From a virus: a stretch of 64,000 nt of DNA. The notes beneath the pieces are model-generated. The model saw only the letters and a program-made list of their open reading frames with translations. It was not told where the DNA came from and did not search any database. Position 1 is the stretch's first letter. Each line of letters begins with the position of its first letter. This document shows positions 37,065 through 47,109 of the stretch, one piece after another. Position numbers and translations under genes: made by a program. The stretch lies in IMG/VR virus record IMGVR_UViG_3300030060_005695. The stretch is one strand, 5' to 3'.

Positions 37065-37126
37065 TATTAATAAATATATTTAAATCCTTTAATATTATCT
37101 AGGACTATTTATAATAAAAAAGAATT

Positions 37127-37285
37127 ATGAAAATCAATTGGATAAACGGTTTCGATGCCGGTAACAAAAAAGAAAAGTATAGTTTAACCCTAAGATGTGG
37201 TACATTAACCCTTCTAGAACTCAAAGTTGATAAAACACAACTTAGGTTTATGTTAGTAAACTTTGGTTTTGAAATTTATTTTTAA
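37127..37285 (+). CDS. Small hypothetical protein (52 aa, not in ORF track)
   Basis: MKINWINGFDAGNKKEKY...; TATTTATA at 37106-37113. Confidence 0.55.
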   Translation: MKINWINGFDAGNKKEKYSLTLRCGTLTLLELKVDKTQLRFMLVNFGFEIYF

Positions 37286-37287
37286 AA

Positions 37288-37689
37288 ATGGACAAATATA
37301 TTTACAGAGGTAAGTTAGAAAGAGTTGTAGATGGAGATACTATTGATGCTCTTATTGATGTTGGTTTTGATATCTGGGTTAAGAAAAGAATCAGATACAA
37401 AGGAATTGATACTTGGGAGTCTAGAACTAGAAATCTAGAGGAAAAAAAATTAGGTTTAGCAGCTAAAGAAAGAAATAGACAGCTATTAGAAGAAGTAAGT
37501 ACTAAATCAGGATTTTTTAGATTAAAATCTTACGGTGTTGGAAAGTACGGAAGAGTGTTGGCAGAAATATTTATCATGGATGAAAATGATAATACTATAT
37601 CTATAAATAACCAACTTATTGTAGAAGGTCACGCATACATATATGATGGTGGAAAGAAAAAAGTATTAACAGAGGTAAAAAATGGCTAA
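37288..37689 (+). CDS. Thermonuclease (SNase-like)
   Basis: RVVDGDTID, RYKGIDTWE, GKYGRVLA, EGHA. Confidence 0.88.
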   Translation: MDKYIYRGKLERVVDGDTIDALIDVGFDIWVKKRIRYKGIDTWESRTRNLEEKKLGLAAKERNRQLLEEVSTKSGFFRLKSYGVGKYGRVLAEIFIMDENDNTISINNQLIVEGHAYIYDGGKKKVLTEVKNG

Positions 37690-38035
37690 ACAAACACAAA
37701 CTGAAATATTAAATGAAGTTTTAATAGAACTACAAGAGATTAAAAGAGGTCTACCTAACGGTGAACTAGCTTTAATGCAAAAATCTTTAGAAGATTTAGA
37801 GGAAGGACAAAAAGCTTTAAAAAGTGAAATCAGGACAGTTCAAAAAAGACTATTTAATCCAGATAGTGGTGTTATAGTAGAAGTAAATAAAAATACAGAA
37901 TTCATGAAAGAAACTCAACCAAAACTAAAGGAGGTAGATAATGTAGTTTCATGGAAAGGGAATGTTACAAAAGCACTCTGGGTTGTTTATTCCGCAATAA
38001 TAGGTGTTATCATTAAGTTATTATTTTGGAATTAA
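37682..38035 (+). CDS. Coiled-coil protein with C-terminal TM helix
   Basis: ORF; ALWVVYSAIIGVIIKLLFW. Confidence 0.6.
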   Translation: MAKQTQTEILNEVLIELQEIKRGLPNGELALMQKSLEDLEEGQKALKSEIRTVQKRLFNPDSGVIVEVNKNTEFMKETQPKLKEVDNVVSWKGNVTKALWVVYSAIIGVIIKLLFWN

Positions 38036-38281
38036 TAGTTACCATAATCATATCTCTTGTCTTAGGTAAGGCAATTTGTTATTTTGCTCACCAGAGAGAC
38101 TCAAAATAATAACTTGTCAAACCCAATAAAATTTACTATTATTAAAATAAAATTATGAGTGAAAGAAAATTAAATACCACACACCAAACTAACAAAGATT
38201 TGTTAGATAAGTCTAAACAAATGATGGAAAGACTTAAAACCACAAAAAAAGAGTACAACCCAGCACCTAAAGAATCTAAAA

Positions 38282-38584
38282 ATGGAAAGGTACAAAAATA
38301 AGTGGTTTAGACTTACACTAGAAAAAGACCTAAAAACTCAAGACTTAGGTGTAAACGTACATTGTAAAGAAGATGGTATATATTTAACAGTTCCACCCTA
38401 CCCACCTACCGGAGACAAATTTACAGATGATTACGCAAAAGAAAGTTTAAGGGAAGACCATGACACCAAAAGGTTAGTAGATAGAGTAAAAAACTTAGTT
38501 AAAGACTATGAAATTAATGTAGATATAGAAAAAGCTCTTTATGGTGATAATATTAAAATAAAACTTAAAGTAGAAAATGCTTGA
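38282..38584 (+). CDS. Hypothetical protein
   Basis: ORF. Confidence 0.55.
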   Translation: MERYKNKWFRLTLEKDLKTQDLGVNVHCKEDGIYLTVPPYPPTGDKFTDDYAKESLREDHDTKRLVDRVKNLVKDYEINVDIEKALYGDNIKIKLKVENA

Positions 38585-38795
38585 ACAAATTAAACTAACA
38601 TTATTAACTTGGGGGATTATCTTTATGATGATTCTAATGTTTATAACCTTTAGTCTTTGGTCTCTCTTTTCTATTTGGTGGTTGATAACCAACAATATGA
38701 TAGATAGGAATTTATTTGTAATCTTATCTTTTTCTTCCTCATTTATTCTATCCCTCATCCTGGTATTACTTAGTATAGTATCTAAAGAAAAATAA
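38577..38795 (+). CDS. Small two-helix membrane protein
   Basis: Hydrophobic ORF. Confidence 0.5.
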   Translation: MLEQIKLTLLTWGIIFMMILMFITFSLWSLFSIWWLITNNMIDRNLFVILSFSSSFILSLILVLLSIVSKEK

Positions 38796-38870
38796 AATCA
38801 CTCCCTTCTTGTTTATTTAATTATAATTGTTTATCTTTGTGGTACAAATTTAATCTAATATATAAAATAA

Positions 38871-39647
38871 ATGAAAAATAACAATTCACTCACAAGAACC
38901 GAACTACTAGAATTAGTCCCATCCGCTTTCGCAAGTCAACAATCCCCAAAAGTTTCTAACAAGTACACTTTTATCTCTACTGCAACAGTATTAGATGATA
39001 TGGAAAAATTAGGTTGGGAACCATTTAACGCATCACAAAGAAAATCTAGAAAAAGTCAAGATGCTATGTTTACAAAACATATGATAAGATTACGTAATGG
39101 CGATGTGGGTAAAATAGGAGACTCAATTCCAGAAGTAGTATTAACAAACTCACACGATGGTAGAAATGCTTTTACACTACACGCGGGACTCTTTAGAATG
39201 GTATGTTCTAATGGATTGGTTATTGCGGACACTACGTTTGAACAGGTAAAAATTAAACACCAATGGTATAGTTTTGATGAAATTAGAAAAATTATGGATG
39301 GTATGTTAGAAGTGGTACCTAAAGTTATCACACAAGTACAAGAATTAAACTCAGTAACTTTAAGTGATGACCAACAGATAGATTTCGCTTCACAAGCTTT
39401 ACTTACACGTTACCCAAAAGGTAATGAAAATTTAAACGTAGAAGATTTATTATCCCCAATAAGACAAGGAGATAGAGGTGACCAACTATGGAAAATATTT
39501 AATGTAGTCCAAGAAAAACTTATAAAAGGTGGCTTAGTATTTAATGACAAAAAAGAAAAAATGCAAAAACTAAGACCAATCGTCAATATTGACAGAAGAA
39601 TCGAAGTTAACAAAAAACTATGGGAACTTACCGAAGCTTACGTCTAA
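38871..39647 (+). CDS. DUF932/DUF945 family protein
   Basis: KHMIRLR, LTNSHDG, GLFRMVCSNGLV, LWKIFNVVQE; promoter TTG-N20-TATCTTTG (38809-38839). Confidence 0.85.
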   Translation: MKNNNSLTRTELLELVPSAFASQQSPKVSNKYTFISTATVLDDMEKLGWEPFNASQRKSRKSQDAMFTKHMIRLRNGDVGKIGDSIPEVVLTNSHDGRNAFTLHAGLFRMVCSNGLVIADTTFEQVKIKHQWYSFDEIRKIMDGMLEVVPKVITQVQELNSVTLSDDQQIDFASQALLTRYPKGNENLNVEDLLSPIRQGDRGDQLWKIFNVVQEKLIKGGLVFNDKKEKMQKLRPIVNIDRRIEVNKKLWELTEAYV

Positions 39648-39648
39648 T

Positions 39649-41355
39649 ATGGAAACCATAGTATTACATAAATTATCACATGAAGAGTATTGGACCCAAG
39701 AATACGAAAAGTTCAATACTCTTCAACCTGGAAGTAGAACCCATAAAAATACAAACTTATTTAATGTAGGTTCCAGAGATAATCCAGATTTAGTCGTTTT
39801 TAAATTTAAAAAACAACACACTAACCTTAATGATGAAGAGTGGAAAAAATTATGTTTTTCACCATATGTCCACACTAAACTAAAAAGAATTACTGTAGTA
39901 GTAGAAAAAGTGGTAGACGAGGGTCTAACTAAAAAAGTTAGGATTAGTAGATATTTTACAGTTAAAGGTAGAAAATGTGGTGCAAAATATTTTTGGAAGC
40001 AAAGAGAAGTAGTTCATGTAACATTTGATTTGGTTAATAATAATGTGTATAAAACCACAACACAGTATATCGGTAGAAAAAAGAATACTACTGTAATGAA
40101 GAACCCATTTAAATACTGGAAAAAAGACCACTTCAACCTAGGAGAAATATTATTTGACATAGACTTAAGTGTAAATATGCCACTCAACAACCTAAATAAG
40201 TTTATTGAGAATCCACAATATTATGATAAAAGAGATAAAATAAGTGTGGGTTTATTTAAATGTAAAAAATCACTTATTAATGAGTTATGTGCGAAAGATT
40301 TTAAATTTAACACAAAACTAAACAAAACTGCAAATATTCTAGAACTATCTAGTATGTGGTTTACAAAGGTAAGAGGTATTAAAACACCAGATAAATGGAT
40401 GCATTATTTTACACATAACTATCCAGGTATTAAACAATTAAAAAAGAAAGGAAACAATCTAATACAAACAATATTAAAAGAAGAGGGGATATACTCTAAG
40501 TACGCGATAAAGGTATTCAATACGTATACCGATATTAAACTACCATCATATCAGATAATGTTAGAAGTTTTAGGTATACACCTATTAAGGGAATTAAACC
40601 CTGAACTACTTACCCAAAAATATAATATGGGATGGCAGATGAATATGGAACTAACCCCCAAAGAAAAAAGAAACTTTGTATCAATATTAAACTCCTTGTT
40701 AACTGATTATAATTTTGAACCACAAAATGTAAATAATGTTATTTCTGATTTAGTTTCAGACCACCTAGGAAGATTAAAATTTAGATTACAAACAGAGGGG
40801 TTAAACCCTAAACTTAAAGCCACTAACTATGACGAGTTTGTTGAAGAACACCAAGAATGGACAAATTTAGTGGATGAGATTAATAATACCACATCAATAA
40901 CTCATATCTATGATAAAGATTTTTTAAACCACATACAACAACCTATTACTATTGGTAATAAAACAATGACACCAGTAGTTTTAAGGGACACTTATGAATA
41001 TAGAGATGAAAGTAGTGTACAAAGTAATTGTGTTAAGACTTATATTGAACATAGAGATACTTGTATTATTTCATTAAGAGATGGTAAGGGTAACAGAATA
41101 ACTAATGAATTTGTCCCTAGAGGTAAAAATAAAATAATGAGTAACGTACAAAGTAGGGCTAGATTCAATCAAACAGTCTCAGAGGATTTACAACCATTTG
41201 TTAATGTGTTAAATTTAAAAATAAAAGAAACATCGAAAGAAGGGTTATATAAAAAGACTCAGGTGATTAAAGAATGTAAATTTACAGGTAGATTAGAAAA
41301 TGTAGAAAAAAGAGGTAGATACAACTACCGATTTGAGGATGATTTACCATTTTAA
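39649..41355 (+). CDS. PcfJ-like domain protein
   Basis: C-terminal ESSVQSNCVKTY...IISLR...QSRARFNQ; ends DDLPF. Confidence 0.7.
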   Translation: METIVLHKLSHEEYWTQEYEKFNTLQPGSRTHKNTNLFNVGSRDNPDLVVFKFKKQHTNLNDEEWKKLCFSPYVHTKLKRITVVVEKVVDEGLTKKVRISRYFTVKGRKCGAKYFWKQREVVHVTFDLVNNNVYKTTTQYIGRKKNTTVMKNPFKYWKKDHFNLGEILFDIDLSVNMPLNNLNKFIENPQYYDKRDKISVGLFKCKKSLINELCAKDFKFNTKLNKTANILELSSMWFTKVRGIKTPDKWMHYFTHNYPGIKQLKKKGNNLIQTILKEEGIYSKYAIKVFNTYTDIKLPSYQIMLEVLGIHLLRELNPELLTQKYNMGWQMNMELTPKEKRNFVSILNSLLTDYNFEPQNVNNVISDLVSDHLGRLKFRLQTEGLNPKLKATNYDEFVEEHQEWTNLVDEINNTTSITHIYDKDFLNHIQQPITIGNKTMTPVVLRDTYEYRDESSVQSNCVKTYIEHRDTCIISLRDGKGNRITNEFVPRGKNKIMSNVQSRARFNQTVSEDLQPFVNVLNLKIKETSKEGLYKKTQVIKECKFTGRLENVEKRGRYNYRFEDDLPF

Positions 41356-41363
41356 TAAAAAAT

Positions 41364-42416
41364 ATGAAAGAAGAAAAAATACAATATTATGAAGGTGCCT
41401 ACGCGGACGAATTCCCAATAGGACCATACTTTAGAGACCGGTTTAACGTGGTTCCTAGTAGTTTAAGATATGATTATTCGTTTAAGTATAAAGAACTGAT
41501 TAATTATTTAACTAAAAACCAATACTTAGAAAATTTAGCAACCTATGAGATTGTTAGTGATAAAAATAACGATGGTACGACTAAAATATTTTCCTCTAAA
41601 CAACATCAAAAATTTTTAGTTAGGGTAGAAAATGTTAAGGAAGAAAAAGAAGGTTGGATGTCAATATATTATACTAATAGAAGTACAATAGATACCTTGT
41701 TAGAGGATGTTGAAGAGTTTAGAAGTAGTTCCTCTAATAAAAAAGTAGGGTTGATAGTAAAAGACGAATACGGACTTACACTCCAAAAGTTCGATATCAG
41801 TGGTAAAGAGAAGTTAAGTATTGATAAAAATTATAATAAGGGGTTTAAGAAAATCTCAAAAAAGATAGTTAGTAAATTAAATGAAAAAGACGGTAAAGGT
41901 ATCATTTTACTTCACGGTAAACCCGGTACAGGAAAAACAACATATATTCGTCATTTAACTAAACTCATAAATAAAGAAGTTATATTTTTACCCAACAACA
42001 TGGTAGATATGTTAGCTACACCAGAATTTGTACCTTTTATGATGAAACACCCAAACTCGGTCCTAATAATTGAAGACGCTGAAAAGGTAGTAAAAAATAG
42101 AAGTGGAAATGGTAATGAAACAGCGGTGTCTAACCTACTCAATTTAAGTGACGGTATTTTGGGTGATTGTTTAAAAACACAGATTGTAGCGACATTTAAT
42201 ACTGATAGACAATTAATTGACGAAGCTCTACTTAGAAAAGGTAGACTTATAGCAGAATATAAATTTGATAACTTATCTGTTGACAAAAGTAATAAATTAC
42301 TTAAATCATTAAATATAGACCATAAAACATCTCTACCGATGCCCTTATCTGATATATATAATTACGAGGATAACCTAGGTATCGATAATAATAAAAAAAC
42401 TAAAATAGGTTTTTAA
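41364..42416 (+). CDS. AAA+ ATPase
   Basis: GKPGTGKT, LIIEDAE, TFN, DEALLRKGRL. Confidence 0.9.
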   Translation: MKEEKIQYYEGAYADEFPIGPYFRDRFNVVPSSLRYDYSFKYKELINYLTKNQYLENLATYEIVSDKNNDGTTKIFSSKQHQKFLVRVENVKEEKEGWMSIYYTNRSTIDTLLEDVEEFRSSSSNKKVGLIVKDEYGLTLQKFDISGKEKLSIDKNYNKGFKKISKKIVSKLNEKDGKGIILLHGKPGTGKTTYIRHLTKLINKEVIFLPNNMVDMLATPEFVPFMMKHPNSVLIIEDAEKVVKNRSGNGNETAVSNLLNLSDGILGDCLKTQIVATFNTDRQLIDEALLRKGRLIAEYKFDNLSVDKSNKLLKSLNIDHKTSLPMPLSDIYNYEDNLGIDNNKKTKIGF

Positions 42417-42417
42417 A

Positions 42418-42711
42418 ATGACAAAAAAAATTCACGTATATTCCACAAAAGACTGTCCTTATTGTACAGAACTAAAACAAATGTTAGATAATTATCCACT
42501 TCCTTATGAAGTTACTGATGTAGACGAAAATGAAAAAGAATGGGATGAAATGTGTAAAACATTAAATATTGAATTTGTACCTACTGTCATTATAGTAGAT
42601 GACCACTTAGACACAGCAAAATTATTAACACCAGATATTCACTTCGATGAAGTACAAGAATGTTTTGACCAAATAGTCGAAGACATCAACAATAATGCCC
42701 ATACTTACTAA
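42418..42711 (+). CDS. Glutaredoxin
   Basis: CPYC and VP motifs. Confidence 0.85.
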   Translation: MTKKIHVYSTKDCPYCTELKQMLDNYPLPYEVTDVDENEKEWDEMCKTLNIEFVPTVIIVDDHLDTAKLLTPDIHFDEVQECFDQIVEDINNNAHTY

Positions 42712-42732
42712 ACCACCGGATATTTATATTTG

Positions 42733-44955
42733 ATGGAGAATTCAATCAATATAGATTTAGTTAATAGGTACATGAGAGATTTTTGGCCGAAGCATGGTCG
42801 TCAGTTATATAGTGACCTATACAATACTTATCACCCCTCAGCATATGGAGAAGGTTTCAGTAGACCCAGTGCTAACTTTGAACAGGCTTTAGATAATCTA
42901 GCAATAGGTGTTCATGACGGAAAAAAATTCGGACTCTTAGATTCTAGTGTAGCTTGGTCTGACATATTTAATTATGATGCTCTAGACCTAGATTCTGATG
43001 AAAAAGTAAAACGAGTAGTAGACGAAACCGGACTACCAACTCTCCATAACCAATTAGAAATATTAGATAATACAAACTTAGATTGGATTCACTCAATTCT
43101 ACTATTTGATGTATTATATGATATAGTAGAAGAATTTAGATGTTATTGTGGTGAAAATGGTATTGACCCTAATTGTGAAGGGAAATGTATGGACGAGTTT
43201 CCACCACCATATGGTTATTTATCTAGAGAATTGTATCCTAAAAGTGATGGTACCTTAAAACAAGATTACTACACACTCTATAACTTTATGAAAAAATTAG
43301 AAAGTGCTGGAGTCCCAGTAAGTAAAATTATAGAACCATATAAATTAACACCAATTAAATTAACTGATACTGGTACTTCTGACTACAATGAAGAAGGTGA
43401 ACCAAGAATACAAAACCCAATAGGAGATTGGGAAAATATGATGGATGCAGAGGCAATAGCTATGGACGCTCCTGATAGACTAGAGGAACAATACCCAGAA
43501 CAAGAACCTACAAAATCCATGTTCCAAAAAACCCTTTCAGACATGGGAGTACAACTACAATTCGTAGGAACATTTGGTTTTGGAATTAGTGGGATGTTTG
43601 GGTTCGTTAAAGAACTACTAGAAGGACAATACCCAACACTAAGTGAAGGAGAAATAATCTTAATATTTTTATCCGCATTATCTTACCTAAGTATTAATAC
43701 AATAAAAGATATCCAAAGACTGAGAGAAGAAGTTAAGGGTAGAGGTTTAGGGGGTTATGTAAATAAAGTAGTAGAATTATTAAAAGATTTTGAAAATATA
43801 TCATTAAAAGTTGTTGAGAAAGCTGGATTTACTGTATCATCTTTAGCTGAACTTTTGGGGTATACATTCTTACTGGTACCGATACTAGACATTACTAATA
43901 GAATTATAGATGAGGTTGGATTTGATATTACAGCATTATCTTCTTATTTAAAAGGTGCTTTGGTATCGGTGGGTATATTCTACATTAAAAATTTATTTAA
44001 CTCTTTAGTTTTAAGATTAAAAAAAATAAGAACAGATAAAATGATTGATGATGAACTTGAAGATGATGTTGTAGAAGAAGGTGTGTGGGTAGGAAAAGTA
44101 TTAAGTGAAAGATTTAAAGATAGTAGAGTCATTACAGATGAAAGAATAGGTAAATTAAGTTTGATTGATGAAAGTTTAAATAATAAAAACCTTAAATGGT
44201 TAGTGGAACAAGAAAACAAAATAAATTGGTTAAACATACCACTAACCAAATCACTAGAAAATGTTGATACTAAAAACCTAAATCAATATAAATCTATTTT
44301 AGAACTCAACATCATTAAAAACAGAAAACTTAATGAAAGTAAATTACATGAAGAAGTTTACATGGCTAGGATTGCAGAAAAAGCAACTACCGATGTCGTT
44401 AAAGATATTTTTGAAGTAGTAAAACTTTTTGAAGGTGGTGATGAGATAGTTTTGTTACCGGACTATTATAGTGATATTGACGGTGATGAGTACGAATACG
44501 GAGAACTTAAGTTTAATCTAGAGTTAAATATTTTAGAAAATCCAGAAGAAGACAATTTTACTGTAGACGCGTACATGGGAGGAGAGTTCGACGATACTAT
44601 ATATGTGGATATATCACTATCCCCAAACTTCAACGAAAAACACTATGAAAGTTTATATATTGTATTATCCGAATATGTAAGGCATGAAATAGAACATATC
44701 CTCCAAGAACTCGACCCAGAAAGACCAGATTTACCGGATGAAGACTTAACGCAAAAAAGTTTAAATTTAACACCTTTTGAGTACTACACTCAAGACTATG
44801 AGTTAGGTGCACAAAAAGCAGGTTTTGAAAGAAGAGCTAAAATGGAGGATAAATCGGTAGAAGATGTAGTACGTGACTATATTGAATATAGACAACACAT
44901 AGATAAGTTGAGTGATTATGAAAAACAAGAATTAATTAGTAGATTAACTACCTAA
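42733..44955 (+). CDS. Multidomain protein: N-terminal domain, hydrophobic central domain, C-terminal HExxH domain
   Basis: RHEIEH...YELGA; TATTTATA at 42721-42728. Confidence 0.65.
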   Translation: MENSINIDLVNRYMRDFWPKHGRQLYSDLYNTYHPSAYGEGFSRPSANFEQALDNLAIGVHDGKKFGLLDSSVAWSDIFNYDALDLDSDEKVKRVVDETGLPTLHNQLEILDNTNLDWIHSILLFDVLYDIVEEFRCYCGENGIDPNCEGKCMDEFPPPYGYLSRELYPKSDGTLKQDYYTLYNFMKKLESAGVPVSKIIEPYKLTPIKLTDTGTSDYNEEGEPRIQNPIGDWENMMDAEAIAMDAPDRLEEQYPEQEPTKSMFQKTLSDMGVQLQFVGTFGFGISGMFGFVKELLEGQYPTLSEGEIILIFLSALSYLSINTIKDIQRLREEVKGRGLGGYVNKVVELLKDFENISLKVVEKAGFTVSSLAELLGYTFLLVPILDITNRIIDEVGFDITALSSYLKGALVSVGIFYIKNLFNSLVLRLKKIRTDKMIDDELEDDVVEEGVWVGKVLSERFKDSRVITDERIGKLSLIDESLNNKNLKWLVEQENKINWLNIPLTKSLENVDTKNLNQYKSILELNIIKNRKLNESKLHEEVYMARIAEKATTDVVKDIFEVVKLFEGGDEIVLLPDYYSDIDGDEYEYGELKFNLELNILENPEEDNFTVDAYMGGEFDDTIYVDISLSPNFNEKHYESLYIVLSEYVRHEIEHILQELDPERPDLPDEDLTQKSLNLTPFEYYTQDYELGAQKAGFERRAKMEDKSVEDVVRDYIEYRQHIDKLSDYEKQELISRLTT

Positions 44956-45140
44956 TCCATTTCATCTAGATATTGTTGACGATATCTAGCTTTTTGTAAT
45001 TGTAATCTTTTTCTTTGAGATTTTTTGGTAAAATGTTTTCCATTACGTAATTTGAAAAGTTGTTTAGTTAGTTTAACTTTTCTCCTCATTATTTTTAGAG
45101 CACGGTCCACATTTCCTTTTTTTACTTCTACTATTAGCAT
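44952..45140 (-). CDS. rpsU: Ribosomal protein bS21
   Basis: MLIVEVKKGNVDRALK..RRKV...HFTKKSQRKR. Confidence 0.85.
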   Translation of the reverse strand: MLIVEVKKGNVDRALKIMRRKVKLTKQLFKLRNGKHFTKKSQRKRLQLQKARYRQQYLDEMD

Positions 45141-45166
45141 ATATTAGTTTTCATGGTTAATAAATA

Positions 45167-45814
45167 TCACTTTAAACCTATAACCTCATCAATAATACCA
45201 TAATCTAGAGATTCTGAAGCAGTTAACCACTTATCCCTAGTAGAGTCTTCCATTACTTGTTTTGGGTCTTTATCACAATACCCCCCTAAAAGTTCGAACA
45301 ATATATCGTTAGTTTTTTCCCATTCTTTCATACTAATTCTAGCGTCCTGGATATTACCCACAGCACCACCAGAACTTTGATGTAACATGGTTTTACTAAA
45401 TCTTAATGAAGACCTTTTACCTTTAGTACCAGCTCCTAGAAGTACTGACCCCATACTTGCAGCCATACCCGTATTAACTGTAGCTATATCACATTTTACA
45501 TAATCCATTACATCTACAATTCCTAGTCCAGATTTTACACTACCACCAGGTGTGTCCACATGTAATGTAATATCATCCATTCCTATAGAATCTAAAAACA
45601 TTAATTGAGCTTGTACAATAGTACTCATCCTATCATTTACTGGACCAGCACACCATATAATTCTTTCCATCATTAACCTATCGAATACACTCATCGATAC
45701 AGCTCTCATTTCTCTTTCTTCTATAACCATAGGAGTCATAGAGTTCTTGTAATCATAAAGTGTGGTAGAGCTAACACCAAAGTCACTTTTTACGTATTTT
45801 TCAAATTCAGTCAT
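45167..45814 (-). CDS. clpP: ClpP protease subunit
   Basis: SVFDRLMMERII, TPGGSV, AASMG, MLHQ, RDKWL, YGIID. Confidence 0.95.
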   Translation of the reverse strand: MTEFEKYVKSDFGVSSTTLYDYKNSMTPMVIEEREMRAVSMSVFDRLMMERIIWCAGPVNDRMSTIVQAQLMFLDSIGMDDITLHVDTPGGSVKSGLGIVDVMDYVKCDIATVNTGMAASMGSVLLGAGTKGKRSSLRFSKTMLHQSSGGAVGNIQDARISMKEWEKTNDILFELLGGYCDKDPKQVMEDSTRDKWLTASESLDYGIIDEVIGLK

Positions 45815-45882
45815 AAGTTTATTTTTATAGTTAAATGTAGTAAATATAATTTATAAATTCAAAGGGTTAGATAAATAAATTA

Positions 45883-46071
45883 TTAAGATTTGTCTGGGGA
45901 ATACCATCCACCTTCTTCAGCATTCTTTAACATTTCTACACTGGCTTTACCCCACAAATCATTTAATTCGTTTACATACCTACTAATAAGGTCACTATCA
46001 TTTTTTTCGTTAGCTTCTTTTAATTTAGTTTTTAGTAAAGATAATTGTTCTTGTAGTTCTTCGTTAGTCAT
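45883..46071 (-). CDS. Hypothetical protein
   Basis: ORF. Confidence 0.55.
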   Translation of the reverse strand: MTNEELQEQLSLLKTKLKEANEKNDSDLISRYVNELNDLWGKASVEMLKNAEEGGWYSPDKS

Positions 46072-46072
46072 A

Positions 46073-46273
46073 TTATTCTATAATAGAAAATCCTGAATTA
46101 TGGAAAACAGTTTCCACATTATGTCTATCAGCAAGTTCTTGGGCTATTTCTGACTTCTCTTTATTATTCATAGCCACCTGACTTTCTAAAGGGTGACCAT
46201 TATAATCGACAAGATTAACCAGGTAACAAATCTGGTCCTCTTTAATTCGAAATTTGTGAGTTACTATTTTCAT
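46073..46273 (-). CDS. Hypothetical protein
   Basis: ORF. Confidence 0.55.
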   Translation of the reverse strand: MKIVTHKFRIKEDQICYLVNLVDYNGHPLESQVAMNNKEKSEIAQELADRHNVETVFHNSGFSIIE

Positions 46274-46306
46274 ATTCTTTTAATTTGATAAAAAATTACG
46301 AAAAAG

Positions 46307-46330
46307 AAAAAGAGGGGTAAACCCTCTTTT
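46307..46330 (-). terminator. Intrinsic terminator, possibly bidirectional
   Basis: AAAAGAGGG/CCCTCTTTT hairpin. Confidence 0.6.
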
Positions 46331-46353
46331 AATAATAAAATATATTTTATTAT

Positions 46354-46980
46354 TTAAACAATATCTTTTGAAGATAGTAGAGTGTAAGAGAATGAATTAC
46401 CATGAATATCTTTAGCTCTTTCACATATCGCCATAAATTTCTTCCAATCATCATTAGATGCGATTACTTGACATCCCGCTGACCATTTATCTACATAGGT
46501 AGAAGTTTTACCTTCTCTAGACGTTGCTCTATGAATATTAATACCAAATAAACCCTCATCTATTGTAGCTTCATTTCTATCATATTTACCATCTCTATCA
46601 TTATCTCTATATACTTTAACATTCTTCTTTTGTCCTAAAGCTGGGTATTTTCCCTGATGTAATCTAATTTTATGAGAACCTCTGTATTGTCCTTCTTTTA
46701 AAATAGCACAACCTTTTGATTTTACTATTGGGTCATCCATATAATCATCACCAGGGTCAGTAGTTGCCTCAAAACAGAAGAACTTCCATTCACCATTTTT
46801 TTTATATGATACAGTAACACAATCATCAAATCTATTAGTAACTCTATCGCCAGTATCAGCATTTCTAACACCTACAATATTAACATCGTATCCTTTATTG
46901 TTCGCATCATCGAACCACTTGTAACCCTTTTCCTTCACAGCAGTCTCAATCTGCTCTCTTGTGTAACAATTTTTTGCCAT
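46354..46980 (-). CDS. Putative peptidoglycan-active enzyme, YkuD/L,D-transpeptidase-like
   Basis: GINIH...WSAGCQV (H...SxGC) catalytic pattern. Confidence 0.55.
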   Translation of the reverse strand: MAKNCYTREQIETAVKEKGYKWFDDANNKGYDVNIVGVRNADTGDRVTNRFDDCVTVSYKKNGEWKFFCFEATTDPGDDYMDDPIVKSKGCAILKEGQYRGSHKIRLHQGKYPALGQKKNVKVYRDNDRDGKYDRNEATIDEGLFGINIHRATSREGKTSTYVDKWSAGCQVIASNDDWKKFMAICERAKDIHGNSFSYTLLSSKDIV

Positions 46981-47013
46981 CTTTTTAGTTTTTAATTTTT
47001 ATTTTATTATTAC

Positions 47014-47103
47014 TTATACAGTACAAATTACATGTACCATAATACCTATTGATAGTATGGTCATCACTAGTAAACCCCATGATTTTTCTGTCCAGTTTTT
47101 CAT
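47014..47103 (-). CDS. 29-aa membrane peptide
   Basis: MKNWTEKSWGLLVMTILSIGIMVHVICTV; minus-strand TATTTAT at 47112-47118. Confidence 0.4.
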   Translation of the reverse strand: MKNWTEKSWGLLVMTILSIGIMVHVICTV

Positions 47104-47109
47104 CTTATT

